Shown here in pieces: positions 49,838-59,935 of a stretch of 64,000 nt of DNA. Below the pieces are notes generated by a model. The model worked only from the letters and a program-made list of their open reading frames with translations. It was not told where the DNA came from and ran no database searches. This DNA is from Thermodesulfobacteriota bacterium (GTDB lineage Bacteria; Desulfobacterota_D; UBA1144): contig JAYYZJ010000012.1 in the NCBI GenBank assembly GCA_036340075.1, positions 96,001 through 160,000 of the forward strand, written 5' to 3'. Position numbers and translations under genes: made by a program. Within the stretch, counting starts at the first letter, position 1. Each line of letters opens with the position of its first letter.

Positions 49838-51043
49838 TTAGTTTGAACTTTGTCTGATTTCCTTTACTTTGTCGGCAATTTCTTTCGATAGTAATTCTTT
49901 TGAAATCAGACCTAGTTCTTTCGAAGTACCATCTTTAGATATTAAAAACGAGAAGTTCTTAGTACTTCCAAAACCTGACCCTTTCTTTGATACATCATTT
50001 GCAACTATTAAATCCAAATTCTTTTTATGGATTTTTTCCAATGAATTGTTGATTACATCATCAGTTTCAGCTGAGAACCCAACAAGAATTTGTGTATCTT
50101 TTTTATTTAGACCAATTTGTTCCAAAATATCGATTGTATTTTCCATCTCAAAAAATAGTTCACCATTATTTTTTTTGAGTTTTTTATTCTTCTTTTGTTT
50201 GAATTTAAAATCGCCAACAGCCGCTGATTTGATAATGACAGAATAGTTATCTAAATCCTTCATTATATGTTCTGCCATTTTATCGGACGATTCATACTTA
50301 AAATAATTAGGAAAATATTCAAAATTTTCTTCTACGTATCCAGAAATTATTTCTAGGTCAGCACCTCTAAAGTAGAATTCATTCGCTAAACAAAAACCCA
50401 TTATTCCCGATGATGGGTTAGATAAAAATCTTATTGGATCTAAATATTCCCTTGTTGCTCCACAAGTAATTAGTACTTTTTCTTTTTCGAAGTCCTTACT
50501 CGAGACTTTTTTTTTAATTGACATTAAAATCTTGTCTAAATCAGCAAGTCTTCCTTTTCCTTCCCAGCCACATGCTAATTCTCCTGTACCTGGTTCTACA
50601 AATTCAATTCCCAGTTTCTCTAGCTTGCTTATGTTCTCTTGTATTAAAGGATTGTTGTACATGTTTACGTTCATCGCTGGGCATACTATCACATCCGACT
50701 CTGTTGCCATTAGTATATTCAGAAGCAAATTGTCAGCGATTCCATTTGCATATTTTGAAATAAAATTTGCAGTAGCAGGACAAATAATTACTAAATCAGC
50801 ATTATCCGCGAGGTTTATATGAGATATGCTAGATTCATCGGTCTCATACATGTTTGTATAAACTTTCCTTCCAGAAAGAGATTGAAATGTCATACTACTT
50901 ACAAATTTTTCGGCATTTGAAGTCATGACAACATTTACAATAGCTTCTTCTTTTACCAGAGATCTAACAAGCTCACACGACTTATAGATTGAGACACCTC
51001 CTGTAACACCAAGCAAAATATTTTTTCCTTTTAAATTATTCAT
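49838..51043 (-). CDS. coaBC: Bifunctional phosphopantothenoylcysteine decarboxylase/synthetase
   Basis: GVTGGVSIYK, PATAN, PAMNVNM, LACGWEGKGR, DPIRFLSNPSSG, GFSAET and ANDV motifs; start taken at ATG 51043. Confidence 0.95.
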   Translation of the reverse strand: MNNLKGKNILLGVTGGVSIYKSCELVRSLVKEEAIVNVVMTSNAEKFVSSMTFQSLSGRKVYTNMYETDESSISHINLADNADLVIICPATANFISKYANGIADNLLLNILMATESDVIVCPAMNVNMYNNPLIQENISKLEKLGIEFVEPGTGELACGWEGKGRLADLDKILMSIKKKVSSKDFEKEKVLITCGATREYLDPIRFLSNPSSGIMGFCLANEFYFRGADLEIISGYVEENFEYFPNYFKYESSDKMAEHIMKDLDNYSVIIKSAAVGDFKFKQKKNKKLKKNNGELFFEMENTIDILEQIGLNKKDTQILVGFSAETDDVINNSLEKIHKKNLDLIVANDVSKKGSGFGSTKNFSFLISKDGTSKELGLISKELLSKEIADKVKEIRQSSN

Positions 51044-51044
51044 G

Positions 51045-52721
51045 TTATTTAATTTTACCATCTGTGATGGCACCTTTCGAAGCCGAACTTACAAGAACAG
51101 AATATTTATATATTGCTCCAGTTAAATGTTTTTGCGAAGGTTTTTTCCATTTCTTCTTTCTTAAAGAAAGCTCTTTTTTGCTAACTTTTAATTCTAGTGT
51201 GTTAGAGGATGAGTCAATCTTGATAATATCCCCATTTTTTATGAATGCAATTATTCCACCATCAAAAGCTTCTGGTGTTATATGTCCAACAACGAATCCG
51301 TGGGTTCCACCTGAAAATCTGCCATCTGTTATTAGTGCTACTTCAGAGCCAAGACCTTGACCCATGATAGCAGAGGTTGGGGCAAGCATTTCTCTCATTC
51401 CAGGACCACCTTTTGGCCCCTCGTATCTTATAACAACGACGTTACCTTTTTTAATTCTCTTTTTTAAAATCGCCTTCATACAATCTTCTTCTGAATTAAA
51501 AACCACTGCTTTACCTTCAAACGATAGTCCTTCTTTTCCAGATATTTTTGCTACTGCTCCATCAGGAGATATATTTCCTTTCATAATTATAATGTGACTA
51601 TCTTTTTTTATAGGATTCTGAATTTCTCTTATAACACTTATACCTAAATTATCTTTTATATTTCTAAGATTTTCTTTAATTGTTTTTCCAGTAACTGTTA
51701 AACAATCACCATGGATTAAACCATTGTCTAATAATCTTTTTAGAAAAGGTGGCAAGCCTCCCATTTCACAAAACTTTGCCATCATATGGGTGCCGCTAGG
51801 CTTTAAATCTGCTAATACCGGAACCCTTTTGCCAATTCTCGTAAAATCATCAATATCAAGCTTAACCCCTATCGAGCTTGCCATTGCTAATAAATGGAGT
51901 ACAGCATTAGTAGATCCACCGAGAGCAATAGTAACAGTTATAGCATTTTCAAATGCCTTTTTAGTCATAATGTCTTTTGGCTTAATATCTTTTTTTATTA
52001 AATTTATCAATGCTTTTCCAGATTCTATACAATCTCTTTCCTTGTTTTTTGAAACAGCAATTTGTGTTGAGCTGCCAGGCAAACTCATCCCTAAAGCCTC
52101 AATGGCTGATGCCATTGTGTTAGCTGTATACATGCCACCACATGAACCAGGTCCAGGTATAGCACATTCTTCAATTCTTAATAGCTCTTCTTTTGATATA
52201 GTTTTATTGGAATATGATCCTACAGCTTCAAAAACTGATACTACGTCTACAGGCTTTTTTTTATATATTCCTGGCAATATAGATCCTCCATATACGAAGA
52301 TGGATGGTCTATTTAATCTCCCCATTGCAATTAGACAGCCAGGCATATTCTTGTCACAGCCTCCTATAGTTACAATTCCATCAAATCCTTCAGCAACGGT
52401 TACTGTTTCAATTGAATCGGCAATTACTTCTCTTGAGATAAGAGAATATTTCATCCCCGGGGTTCCCATTGATATTCCATCAGATACAGTGATTGTATTA
52501 AAGATAATAGATTTTCCACCATTAGTATTAGCTCCTTTGGAAGCATATTCTGCTAATTTATTTATATGCATGTTGCATGGAGTTACCATAGCCCATGTGG
52601 AAGCAACACCAATCATAGGTTTGTCAAAATCAGGGTTAGAAAAACCAACAGCCCTAAGCATTGCTCTGTTTGGAGCTTTGTCTAGACCGGTAGTAACAAC
52701 TGACGAATATTTTTTTTTCAT
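51045..52721 (-). CDS. ilvD: Dihydroxy-acid dehydratase
   Basis: [37 protein letters not shown] and TDGRFSGG motifs. Confidence 0.97.
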   Translation of the reverse strand: MKKKYSSVVTTGLDKAPNRAMLRAVGFSNPDFDKPMIGVASTWAMVTPCNMHINKLAEYASKGANTNGGKSIIFNTITVSDGISMGTPGMKYSLISREVIADSIETVTVAEGFDGIVTIGGCDKNMPGCLIAMGRLNRPSIFVYGGSILPGIYKKKPVDVVSVFEAVGSYSNKTISKEELLRIEECAIPGPGSCGGMYTANTMASAIEALGMSLPGSSTQIAVSKNKERDCIESGKALINLIKKDIKPKDIMTKKAFENAITVTIALGGSTNAVLHLLAMASSIGVKLDIDDFTRIGKRVPVLADLKPSGTHMMAKFCEMGGLPPFLKRLLDNGLIHGDCLTVTGKTIKENLRNIKDNLGISVIREIQNPIKKDSHIIIMKGNISPDGAVAKISGKEGLSFEGKAVVFNSEEDCMKAILKKRIKKGNVVVIRYEGPKGGPGMREMLAPTSAIMGQGLGSEVALITDGRFSGGTHGFVVGHITPEAFDGGIIAFIKNGDIIKIDSSSNTLELKVSKKELSLRKKKWKKPSQKHLTGAIYKYSVLVSSASKGAITDGKIK

Positions 52722-53324
52722 CTATTTTAGATTTTCTTCAACTGCTTGCCAGTTAACAATTTCCCAAAAAGCTTTAATGTAATCTGGTCGTCTATTTTGA
52801 TATGTTAGATAATAAGCATGTTCCCAAACATCAATACCAAGTAATGGATTGAGCCCTGAAGACAAAGGACTATCTTGATTAGGTGTAGAAATGCAAACTA
52901 GCTTTCCTGCCTTATCTTGACATAGCCAACCCCATCCGCTCCCAAATTGTTTTGTTGCTTTTTCAGAAAATTCCTTTTTGAAATTATCAAAATCACCAAA
53001 GTCAGAATTAATCAGATCAGCAATCTTTCCTTCTGGAGAACTGCTACCACCAGGTGCTATTATTTTCCAAAATAGAGAGTGATTAGAGTGACCACCTCCA
53101 CCATTTCTAACTGGAACCCGAATAGATTCAGGTATACCTTCAAGGTTAGTTAATAGTTCATCGACACTCTTTTCAAACAACTCAGGGTAGCTTTCTAAAG
53201 CAGCATTTAAGTTGGTTATATATGTTTGATGGTGTTTAGAATGATGTATTTCCATCGTTTTAGCATCTATATGAGGTTGAAGCGCGTCATACGCATAACC
53301 TAAATCAGGTAATGAATGTGCCAT
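52722..53324 (-). CDS. sodA: Superoxide dismutase, Mn-type signature
   Basis: [26 protein letters not shown] and DVWEHAYY motifs; GGAGG SD. Confidence 0.93.
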   Translation of the reverse strand: MAHSLPDLGYAYDALQPHIDAKTMEIHHSKHHQTYITNLNAALESYPELFEKSVDELLTNLEGIPESIRVPVRNGGGGHSNHSLFWKIIAPGGSSSPEGKIADLINSDFGDFDNFKKEFSEKATKQFGSGWGWLCQDKAGKLVCISTPNQDSPLSSGLNPLLGIDVWEHAYYLTYQNRRPDYIKAFWEIVNWQAVEENLK

Positions 53325-53366
53325 AATTTTATACCTCCATATTTAATTTAACAATATAAATATACA

Positions 53367-54257
53367 CTATCTTCTTTTATTGTCTTTTTTGTAATGAAAA
53401 ACATAGGAGATTATCTTGTAACATAATTTCGCTGCAATAAAGTTTGAGGAATGCATGCCTTTGATTGGAGCTAATTCATTAATATCAACACCAATAATAT
53501 TGGAATTTGAAACTATAGCTTTAACTATCTTAATGGCTTCGTCCCAAAAAAGCCCTCCGGGCTCTGGTGTGCCGGTTGCTGGGATAAGGCTTGGATCGAA
53601 AGCATCTAAATCAAAAGTAATATATACATTTTTACCTTTTATATGCTTTTCTATGTTTTTCCACTTTTTTTTGTCTTTTGCCCAAAAGATTTTTATTTTA
53701 TTTTTATTATCCTCAAAAAAATCTCTTTCTTTTTTTGATAAACTCCTTATTCCTATAGAAACTACTTCTACATCGGCGATTTCCATGCATCTTCGCATTA
53801 CACAAGCGTGAGAATTTTTTTTGCCTTGATAAGAATTTCTAATATCGGCATGTGCATCAAAATGAACAATCGTAAAGTTTTTAAACTTTCTTTTTAAAGC
53901 TCGAATCGACGAAATTGATATCGTATGCTCACCACCAAGTGTAATAGGCAGCTTGTTCATATCTATAACACTTAAAACTCTTTTTTCTAAATCATTAAGA
54001 GCCATATTTGTTTTTTTTGGAATATTTTTAGATTTTAAAGTTCTAATGCCAATTTGCTCGTATGGCTCATAATTTAATTCTTCATCATAAAGTTCTATTT
54101 GATGAGAAGCTTTGATTATTTCTTTTGGTCCATTAGATGTTCCTTTCCCATAGCTTACTGAATGTTCTAGTCCAAAAGGAATTATTATTACGCGAGTCTT
54201 TTTAATTGGCGGATTTTTAGTTCCCAAGAACCCATTCTTTAAAAATTCATATTTCAT
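53367..54257 (-). CDS. speB: Agmatinase (ureohydrolase)
   Basis: GGEH, DAHADIR, SHAC and DLDAFDPS...TGTPEPGG motifs. Confidence 0.9.
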   Translation of the reverse strand: MKYEFLKNGFLGTKNPPIKKTRVIIIPFGLEHSVSYGKGTSNGPKEIIKASHQIELYDEELNYEPYEQIGIRTLKSKNIPKKTNMALNDLEKRVLSVIDMNKLPITLGGEHTISISSIRALKRKFKNFTIVHFDAHADIRNSYQGKKNSHACVMRRCMEIADVEVVSIGIRSLSKKERDFFEDNKNKIKIFWAKDKKKWKNIEKHIKGKNVYITFDLDAFDPSLIPATGTPEPGGLFWDEAIKIVKAIVSNSNIIGVDINELAPIKGMHSSNFIAAKLCYKIISYVFHYKKDNKRR

Positions 54258-54261
54258 TAAA

Positions 54262-54738
54262 TTAGTTTCTTTTTAGCAAAATAATAGTTTTACATGCAAT
54301 TGCCAGGTTTTTTCCTACTGAGTCTAAGCCTTCTTTCGTGGTTGCTTTAACTGAAATATTTTCTTTAGGTATTTTTAACATCTTTTCTAATGATTTTCTT
54401 ATTTTTGTTTTGTATTTATAGAGTTTAGGTTTTTCACATATTAAAGTTGAATCAATATTTTCTATTGTATAGTTTTCTAACTCCATTATTTTTAGAACTT
54501 CTTTTAAAAAATAAGCACTCTTTTTATTTTTATATTTTGGATCCTTATCACTAAAATGAGTTCCTATATCACCTTTTGCTAATGCTCCAAGAATTGAATC
54601 ACAGATTGTGTGTAACAATAAGTCAGCATCAGAATGACCCTCAAGCCCTAGAGCCGATGGTATACGAATCCCACCAATAAACAGGCTTCTGTTTTTTGTC
54701 AACTTATGGATGTCGTACCCTAGGCCAATCCTATACAT
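54262..54738 (-). CDS. ispF: 2-C-methyl-D-erythritol 2,4-cyclodiphosphate synthase
   Basis: RIGLGYDIH, GHSDAD, GDIGTHF and VKATTKE motifs. Confidence 0.96.
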   Translation of the reverse strand: MYRIGLGYDIHKLTKNRSLFIGGIRIPSALGLEGHSDADLLLHTICDSILGALAKGDIGTHFSDKDPKYKNKKSAYFLKEVLKIMELENYTIENIDSTLICEKPKLYKYKTKIRKSLEKMLKIPKENISVKATTKEGLDSVGKNLAIACKTIILLKRN

Positions 54739-55426
54739 TTCTAAGTAATAGTTTATACATATTTAAGTCTTCTTTTGTAGTTATCTTTAAATTAAATTTA
54801 TTATTTTCATATAGCTTGACTTTGTATCCATTCTTTTCAAGAAGCTGAGCCTCATCAGTATATTCTGTGAATTTTAAATCAGATTCGTAACATTTCTTTA
54901 ACGAAGAATATGTAAAAATTTGTGGTGTTTCAGCACACCATAGCTTATCCCTTTCCACAGTTTTGTTAATTAAATTTTTCCCAGAGGCTTTTTTAACGGT
55001 ATCTTGAATTTTGGAAGCCAATATTATGCCCTGATACTTTCCCATAGACTTAATCATCTTATTTACTATTCTAGTATCAATGTTTGGTCTCGCTGAGTCA
55101 TGAATAATTACCATCCCAGTGTCAGCATTAATTTTCTGAAACGCATTGAATACACTTCTTGCTCTTGTTGTGCCACCATAACAGACAGTTATTTTCTTTT
55201 TAATTGAATATTTTTTTAATAATTTTTCAATATATGGTGTGCCGACTTTTTTATTAATAGTTATAATAATTTGATCAACATTTTTAATTCTCAGTATAGA
55301 TTTTAAAGAATAAATCATAACAGGGAAATCATTTATCAATTCAAATTGTTTCCCCTTATTTGTTTTTCCGAACCTAGTTCCGTTTCCAGCTGAGGTTAAT
55401 ATAAAAGATAATTTCTTTTTTGACAT
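54731..55426 (-). CDS. ispD: 2-C-methyl-D-erythritol 4-phosphate cytidylyltransferase
   Basis: SAGNGTRF, KQF, HDSARP, ETPQ, TDEA and NLKITTKED motifs. Confidence 0.94.
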   Translation of the reverse strand: MSKKKLSFILTSAGNGTRFGKTNKGKQFELINDFPVMIYSLKSILRIKNVDQIIITINKKVGTPYIEKLLKKYSIKKKITVCYGGTTRARSVFNAFQKINADTGMVIIHDSARPNIDTRIVNKMIKSMGKYQGIILASKIQDTVKKASGKNLINKTVERDKLWCAETPQIFTYSSLKKCYESDLKFTEYTDEAQLLEKNGYKVKLYENNKFNLKITTKEDLNMYKLLLRNV

Positions 55427-55428
55427 TC

Positions 55429-56448
55429 TTAATTGTTAGATATGGCGCTATCTTTATCTCTAATGTCTCCAAGCTTAGAGAAAATCATTCGACCAGTTGG
55501 GGTTTGAATCACGCTTGTTATTATTATGTTAATTTCTTGACTGATATGTTTTTTAGCATTATCAATAACTACCATAGTTCCATCATCAAGATAACCTACA
55601 CCTTGATTTTCATCTTTACCCTGTTTTATAACTTTAATTTTCATATGTTCCCCTGGCAAAATAACAGGCCTTAGGGAGTTTGCCAATTGATTAACATTTA
55701 AAACTCTCACACCTTGTAAATTTGCGACTTTAGTTAAATTAAAATCATTTGTAACCAAATGTCCTTTAAGTTCTTTAGCAAGGCGAACTAACTTTAAATC
55801 AACTTCCTTAATGCTAGTGAAATCTCTATCAACTATTTTTACTTTTACATTCTTTTGATCTTGCATTTTTTTAAGTACCTCAAGGCCACGTCTTCCACGA
55901 ACTTTTTTTAAAGAATCAGGCGAATCCGCAATCCACTGTAATTCACGTATTACAAATTGTGGAACTATTATTTCACCTTCTATGAATCCGATTTCAGATA
56001 TATCCGATATTCGTCCATCAATTATTGCGCTTGTATCTAATACTTTTGCAAAGAAATAATTCTCTGGCGTTCTTTTTTCAGGCTCTGGGTCAGCGCCTTT
56101 TTTTAATCCTACGGCAATACCTAAACAAAGAATGGAAAGAAACACTATTGGATATGTAAATATAGGATATTTATCATGTAGACCAACTATTTGTGAAAAA
56201 TATGCAAAAGTTAAGAATAGCAGTAAGGATCCAGCAACCCCAATTGTTGCTCCAACTAATGCCTTAGCGCTTAAATTTGCAAATAATTTTTCTGAATAAT
56301 AAACAAAGAAAAAGGTTATAAGCGCACAAAAAATACCCATACCAACTGAATATGGCAATATTAAATCCCCGGCATCCAGATTTGTTAAAGTTAGCCAGAA
56401 ACCGGCAATTGCACTAATTATAGAAAAAATTATTCTTAATGGAGTCAT
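55429..56448 (-). CDS. Membrane PIN/TRAM domain protein (YacL-like)
   Basis: 4 TM helices; VLDTSAIIDGRI, TNDFNL and QGVGYLDDGTMVV motifs; upstream of ispD-ispF. Confidence 0.92.
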   Translation of the reverse strand: MTPLRIIFSIISAIAGFWLTLTNLDAGDLILPYSVGMGIFCALITFFFVYYSEKLFANLSAKALVGATIGVAGSLLLFLTFAYFSQIVGLHDKYPIFTYPIVFLSILCLGIAVGLKKGADPEPEKRTPENYFFAKVLDTSAIIDGRISDISEIGFIEGEIIVPQFVIRELQWIADSPDSLKKVRGRRGLEVLKKMQDQKNVKVKIVDRDFTSIKEVDLKLVRLAKELKGHLVTNDFNLTKVANLQGVRVLNVNQLANSLRPVILPGEHMKIKVIKQGKDENQGVGYLDDGTMVVIDNAKKHISQEINIIITSVIQTPTGRMIFSKLGDIRDKDSAISNN

Positions 56449-56535
56449 AAACCAAATTATAAAGTATGAGCTCTAATTAACAAGTTTAGAACAATGAAAC
56501 AGAGAATGTTGTGGTAATATTCTTTTAGTGGTTCT

Positions 56536-57837
56536 ATGATTGAAAGATATTCATTAGACGAAATGAGGTCAGTATGGTCGGACGAGAACAGATACCAAAA
56601 ATGGCTTGATGTTGAAATAGCCGTATGTGAAGCATGGAGCTACTACGGATATATACCAAAATCCTCAGCAAGAAATATAAAGAAAAAAGCAAAGTTTTCT
56701 GTTAAAAGAATTAATTCAATAGAAAAAATCACAAAACATGATGTAATTGCTTTTACAACAAATCTTTCAGAATCAATAGGTAAAGATTCAAGGTTTGTTC
56801 ATATGGGTCTAACATCTTCTGATGTTTTAGACACATCCTTGTCGTTACTTATTGTTGAATCTGGCAATTTAATTAGAATTGAATTAAATGAGTTAATAAA
56901 GATTCTTTCAAGACTAGCAAAAAAACATATTAGAACTCCAATTATAGGTAGATCGCATGGTATCCATGCTGAAGTTACAACCTTTGGCCTTGTAGTCGCA
57001 AATTGGCTTGATGAAGCAAAGCGTGCACGTAAAAGACTAGATAGCTCCGTTGATATTTGTAGAGTAGGTAAAATGTCTGGTCCAGTAGGCACTTACTCAA
57101 ACATATTACCAAAGATTGAATCGAAAGCTTGCTCTATACTTAAACTCAAGCCCGCAAATATAAGTAGTCAAATATTAAATAGAGATTATTATGCGGATTA
57201 TTTTACTTCATTATCTTTTATTGCTTCTTTGATAGAAAGAATATCAGTGCAGATTAGACATATGCAAAGAACAGAAGTCCTTGAAGTCGAAGAACCTTTT
57301 GCTAAAGGCCAAAAGGGCTCTTCAGCAATGCCGCACAAAAGAAATCCAATACTGTCTGAGAATCTAACCGGTCTTTCGCGGATTGTTAGAGCCAATACTG
57401 TTGCATCTTTTGAGAATATTCCTCTTTGGCATGAACGAGATATAAGTCATTCATCAGTTGAAAGAGTAATAGGGCCAGATTCTTCAATCTTAACTCACTT
57501 TATGTTACGTAGAACGGGCTACATGTTAAAAAATCTAAATGTATATAAAGAAAATATGCTTTCTAATATTTGGAAATCACGAGGTGTTATTTTTTCTCAA
57601 AATGTTTTAGATATGTTGATAAAGAAAGGACTTAGTAGAGAGAAATCTTATCAAATAGTTCAAAGAATTGCCCATGCTTCCTGGAATAATCAAGAAGATT
57701 TTAAGGAACTTTTGATTAACGATAGTGAAGTTATAGAAATTTTAAATAAATCAGAAATTGAAAAGGCGATTAGTTTAGACAAAAAGCTTTTTTCTACTGC
57801 GGAATTAATTTTAAAGAGAGTTGTAAAATCAAAATGA
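56536..57837 (+). CDS. purB: Adenylosuccinate lyase
   Basis: MIERYS, HDVIAF, GRSHGIHAE, GQKGSSAMPHKRNP and WHERDISHSSVER motifs. Confidence 0.97.
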   Translation: MIERYSLDEMRSVWSDENRYQKWLDVEIAVCEAWSYYGYIPKSSARNIKKKAKFSVKRINSIEKITKHDVIAFTTNLSESIGKDSRFVHMGLTSSDVLDTSLSLLIVESGNLIRIELNELIKILSRLAKKHIRTPIIGRSHGIHAEVTTFGLVVANWLDEAKRARKRLDSSVDICRVGKMSGPVGTYSNILPKIESKACSILKLKPANISSQILNRDYYADYFTSLSFIASLIERISVQIRHMQRTEVLEVEEPFAKGQKGSSAMPHKRNPILSENLTGLSRIVRANTVASFENIPLWHERDISHSSVERVIGPDSSILTHFMLRRTGYMLKNLNVYKENMLSNIWKSRGVIFSQNVLDMLIKKGLSREKSYQIVQRIAHASWNNQEDFKELLINDSEVIEILNKSEIEKAISLDKKLFSTAELILKRVVKSK

Positions 57838-58712
57838 AAAGATTATTAAGCTTAACAGTTTTATTGTTGATACTTTTTGTTGGATGCGATTTTATAAAAA
57901 AAAACACTACTTCATCGGAGACAGTAACAAAAGAAGAAATTTTAGTTAAATTCAAAAACAATTTTGCTGATGTTATTCCAGAAGAAACACTCTTACAAGT
58001 CGCGGGCTTAAGACCAGCCCCAATAGAAGGATTACAGCAGGGTGTTATATTATTTAAAACTATTGATGGAACTAGGCAGCTATCCTTTTTTATTTCAAAT
58101 AATGGTAAGTATATTATTTTTAATCCAGAGTTGCATAATCTTGAAGGACCATTAGAAAATAAAGGAGTTATGAACCAGATAGATTTATCATCTTCACCTA
58201 AATATGGAGAATCCACTGTTGATGCAATCAGTGTTATTGAATATTCTGATTTCCAATGTCCAGCATGCAGATATGCAGCTATCGAAGTTGTAAGTGTTTT
58301 AAAAGAAAAATATGGCAAAAGAATAAATTTATATTTTAAACATTTTCCTTTAAGTTTTCACAAATGGGCAGATGATGCTGCTTATTACACAGCTTGTATA
58401 AATACAAGATTTGGATCTAAAAATTTCTGGAAAATCCATGATCTGATATTTAATTCACAGGATAAAATCAAAGAAGAGAGTTTCAAGGAAGATATGGTGA
58501 GAATTTCAGAAAAAGAGAATTTAACTTTTCCATATAAAGAATGTTTAGAGTCTTATAATAACGAAATTTACAAGAAAAGCGTTGAACTAGATTTAGAAGA
58601 AGCTAAGAGTTTAGGTATTAATTCTACACCTACTTTTATTATAGAAGGCTATTATGTGAAAGGCGCCGATTTATTCAAAATAATAGAAGCTATTGAAAAG
58701 TTCTCCGAATAG
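57834..58712 (+). CDS. DsbA/thioredoxin-fold lipoprotein
   Basis: Lipobox-like LFVGC; EYSDFQCPAC, FKHFPL and GINSTPTF motifs. Confidence 0.88.
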   Translation: MKRLLSLTVLLLILFVGCDFIKKNTTSSETVTKEEILVKFKNNFADVIPEETLLQVAGLRPAPIEGLQQGVILFKTIDGTRQLSFFISNNGKYIIFNPELHNLEGPLENKGVMNQIDLSSSPKYGESTVDAISVIEYSDFQCPACRYAAIEVVSVLKEKYGKRINLYFKHFPLSFHKWADDAAYYTACINTRFGSKNFWKIHDLIFNSQDKIKEESFKEDMVRISEKENLTFPYKECLESYNNEIYKKSVELDLEEAKSLGINSTPTFIIEGYYVKGADLFKIIEAIEKFSE

Positions 58713-58726
58713 AAATTGATAAAACT

Positions 58727-59935
58727 ATGAATTTTTTGGATAAAGCAGACAAAATAGTAGTCAAAAAAAAAGAAGAAATAGACGAATGGGTAAAGAGTAA
58801 AAAGCTCGACACTAATCCACCGTTTTATACGTCGGTCGACTTAAGAGTCTCAAATAAGAAAATTGTAGCCGTTGATACAAATATTTTCCCTGCAGGTTTC
58901 AATAATCTATCTAATCTTTTTCTAAAAAGAGCTGGAGAAATTACTAAAGAGTACAAAAAGAATAAGCATAAATCCAAAGTTAAAAAGGTCTTGATTATTC
59001 CAGAGTTGCATACAAGAAATCAATTCTATTGGGAAAACATAATTTCTCTTCTTAAGATTTTGGAGTTGGCAAAAATTGATGCAAAAATAGGCCTTGTTTT
59101 ACCAGGTGAAGGTGAATCCGTGTTCGAATTTGAAGCAAAGTCAGGAAAGAAAATTATTGCAGAAAAAGTCATAAGAGAAAACAATATAATAAAGATTACT
59201 GATTTTACACCCGATCTTATTTTAATTAATAATGATTTTTCAGACCTTCCACCTAAAATACTTTCGGACGTTAATCAAATTATTGTTCCTCCAACACAAG
59301 TAGGGTGGCATTCAAGAAAAAAACATATACATTTCAAATTTTACAATAAGCTTGTTTCAGAATTTTCTAATCTCTTAGGAATTAATCCCTCACATTTTCT
59401 TCTGGAAACGAAGCTGATGAGTGATATAGATTTTGAAAATAAGAAAGACAGAGAAAAGCTTGGCAACGAAGTAGAATCAATGTTTCAAAAACTAGATTCA
59501 GAATATATACATAATCAACCATTCTTATTTATTAAGAGCAATGCTGGTACATATGGAATGTCAGTAATGAAAATTAGCAGTGCAAAGGACATTATTAATC
59601 TAAATAGAGATGGAAGAAAAAAGATGAGAGTTTCTAAGGGTGGCAACCAAATAAAAGATATTATAATTCAAGAAGGTGTAGAGACTATTTTTACAAACAA
59701 GGAGCCAGTCTACTACTTGATTGATTGCGAAATAGTAGGCGGATTCTATCGAACCAATCAACTTAAAGGGTCAACTGATAATTTAAATACAAAAGGTATG
59801 TTCTTCGAATGTATCTGTGAAGATTCAATGCATCTAAATTGTGAAAAATTCATTCGACCAAGTCTAGAGATTATTGCAAAGCTTGGTTCTTTAGCCACAG
59901 GGTATGAAATTGATTACCTACTAAAGAAGAATTAA
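58727..59935 (+). CDS. gshA: Divergent ATP-grasp-type glutamate--cysteine ligase (GshA family)
   Basis: PPFYTSVDLR, VDTNIFPAGFNNL, PELHTRNQFY, GTYGM, IIQEGV and GGFYR...NLN motifs. Confidence 0.8.
   Translation: MNFLDKADKIVVKKKEEIDEWVKSKKLDTNPPFYTSVDLRVSNKKIVAVDTNIFPAGFNNLSNLFLKRAGEITKEYKKNKHKSKVKKVLIIPELHTRNQFYWENIISLLKILELAKIDAKIGLVLPGEGESVFEFEAKSGKKIIAEKVIRENNIIKITDFTPDLILINNDFSDLPPKILSDVNQIIVPPTQVGWHSRKKHIHFKFYNKLVSEFSNLLGINPSHFLLETKLMSDIDFENKKDREKLGNEVESMFQKLDSEYIHNQPFLFIKSNAGTYGMSVMKISSAKDIINLNRDGRKKMRVSKGGNQIKDIIIQEGVETIFTNKEPVYYLIDCEIVGGFYRTNQLKGSTDNLNTKGMFFECICEDSMHLNCEKFIRPSLEIIAKLGSLATGYEIDYLLKKN

Noticed and set aside
51724..52782. 352-aa ORF on the + strand
   Set aside because: Antisense shadow of the highly conserved ilvD; no recognisable motifs or SD.
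55429..56448. PIN-domain gene as a toxin-antitoxin toxin
   Set aside because: It is the membrane PIN/TRAM (YacL-type) gene in its conserved position before ispD-ispF, with no antitoxin.
57794..58318. 174-aa ORF on the - strand, and the many other 60-145 aa overlapping ORFs in the track
   Set aside because: Antisense or out-of-frame to well-supported genes; compositions typical of shadow ORFs.
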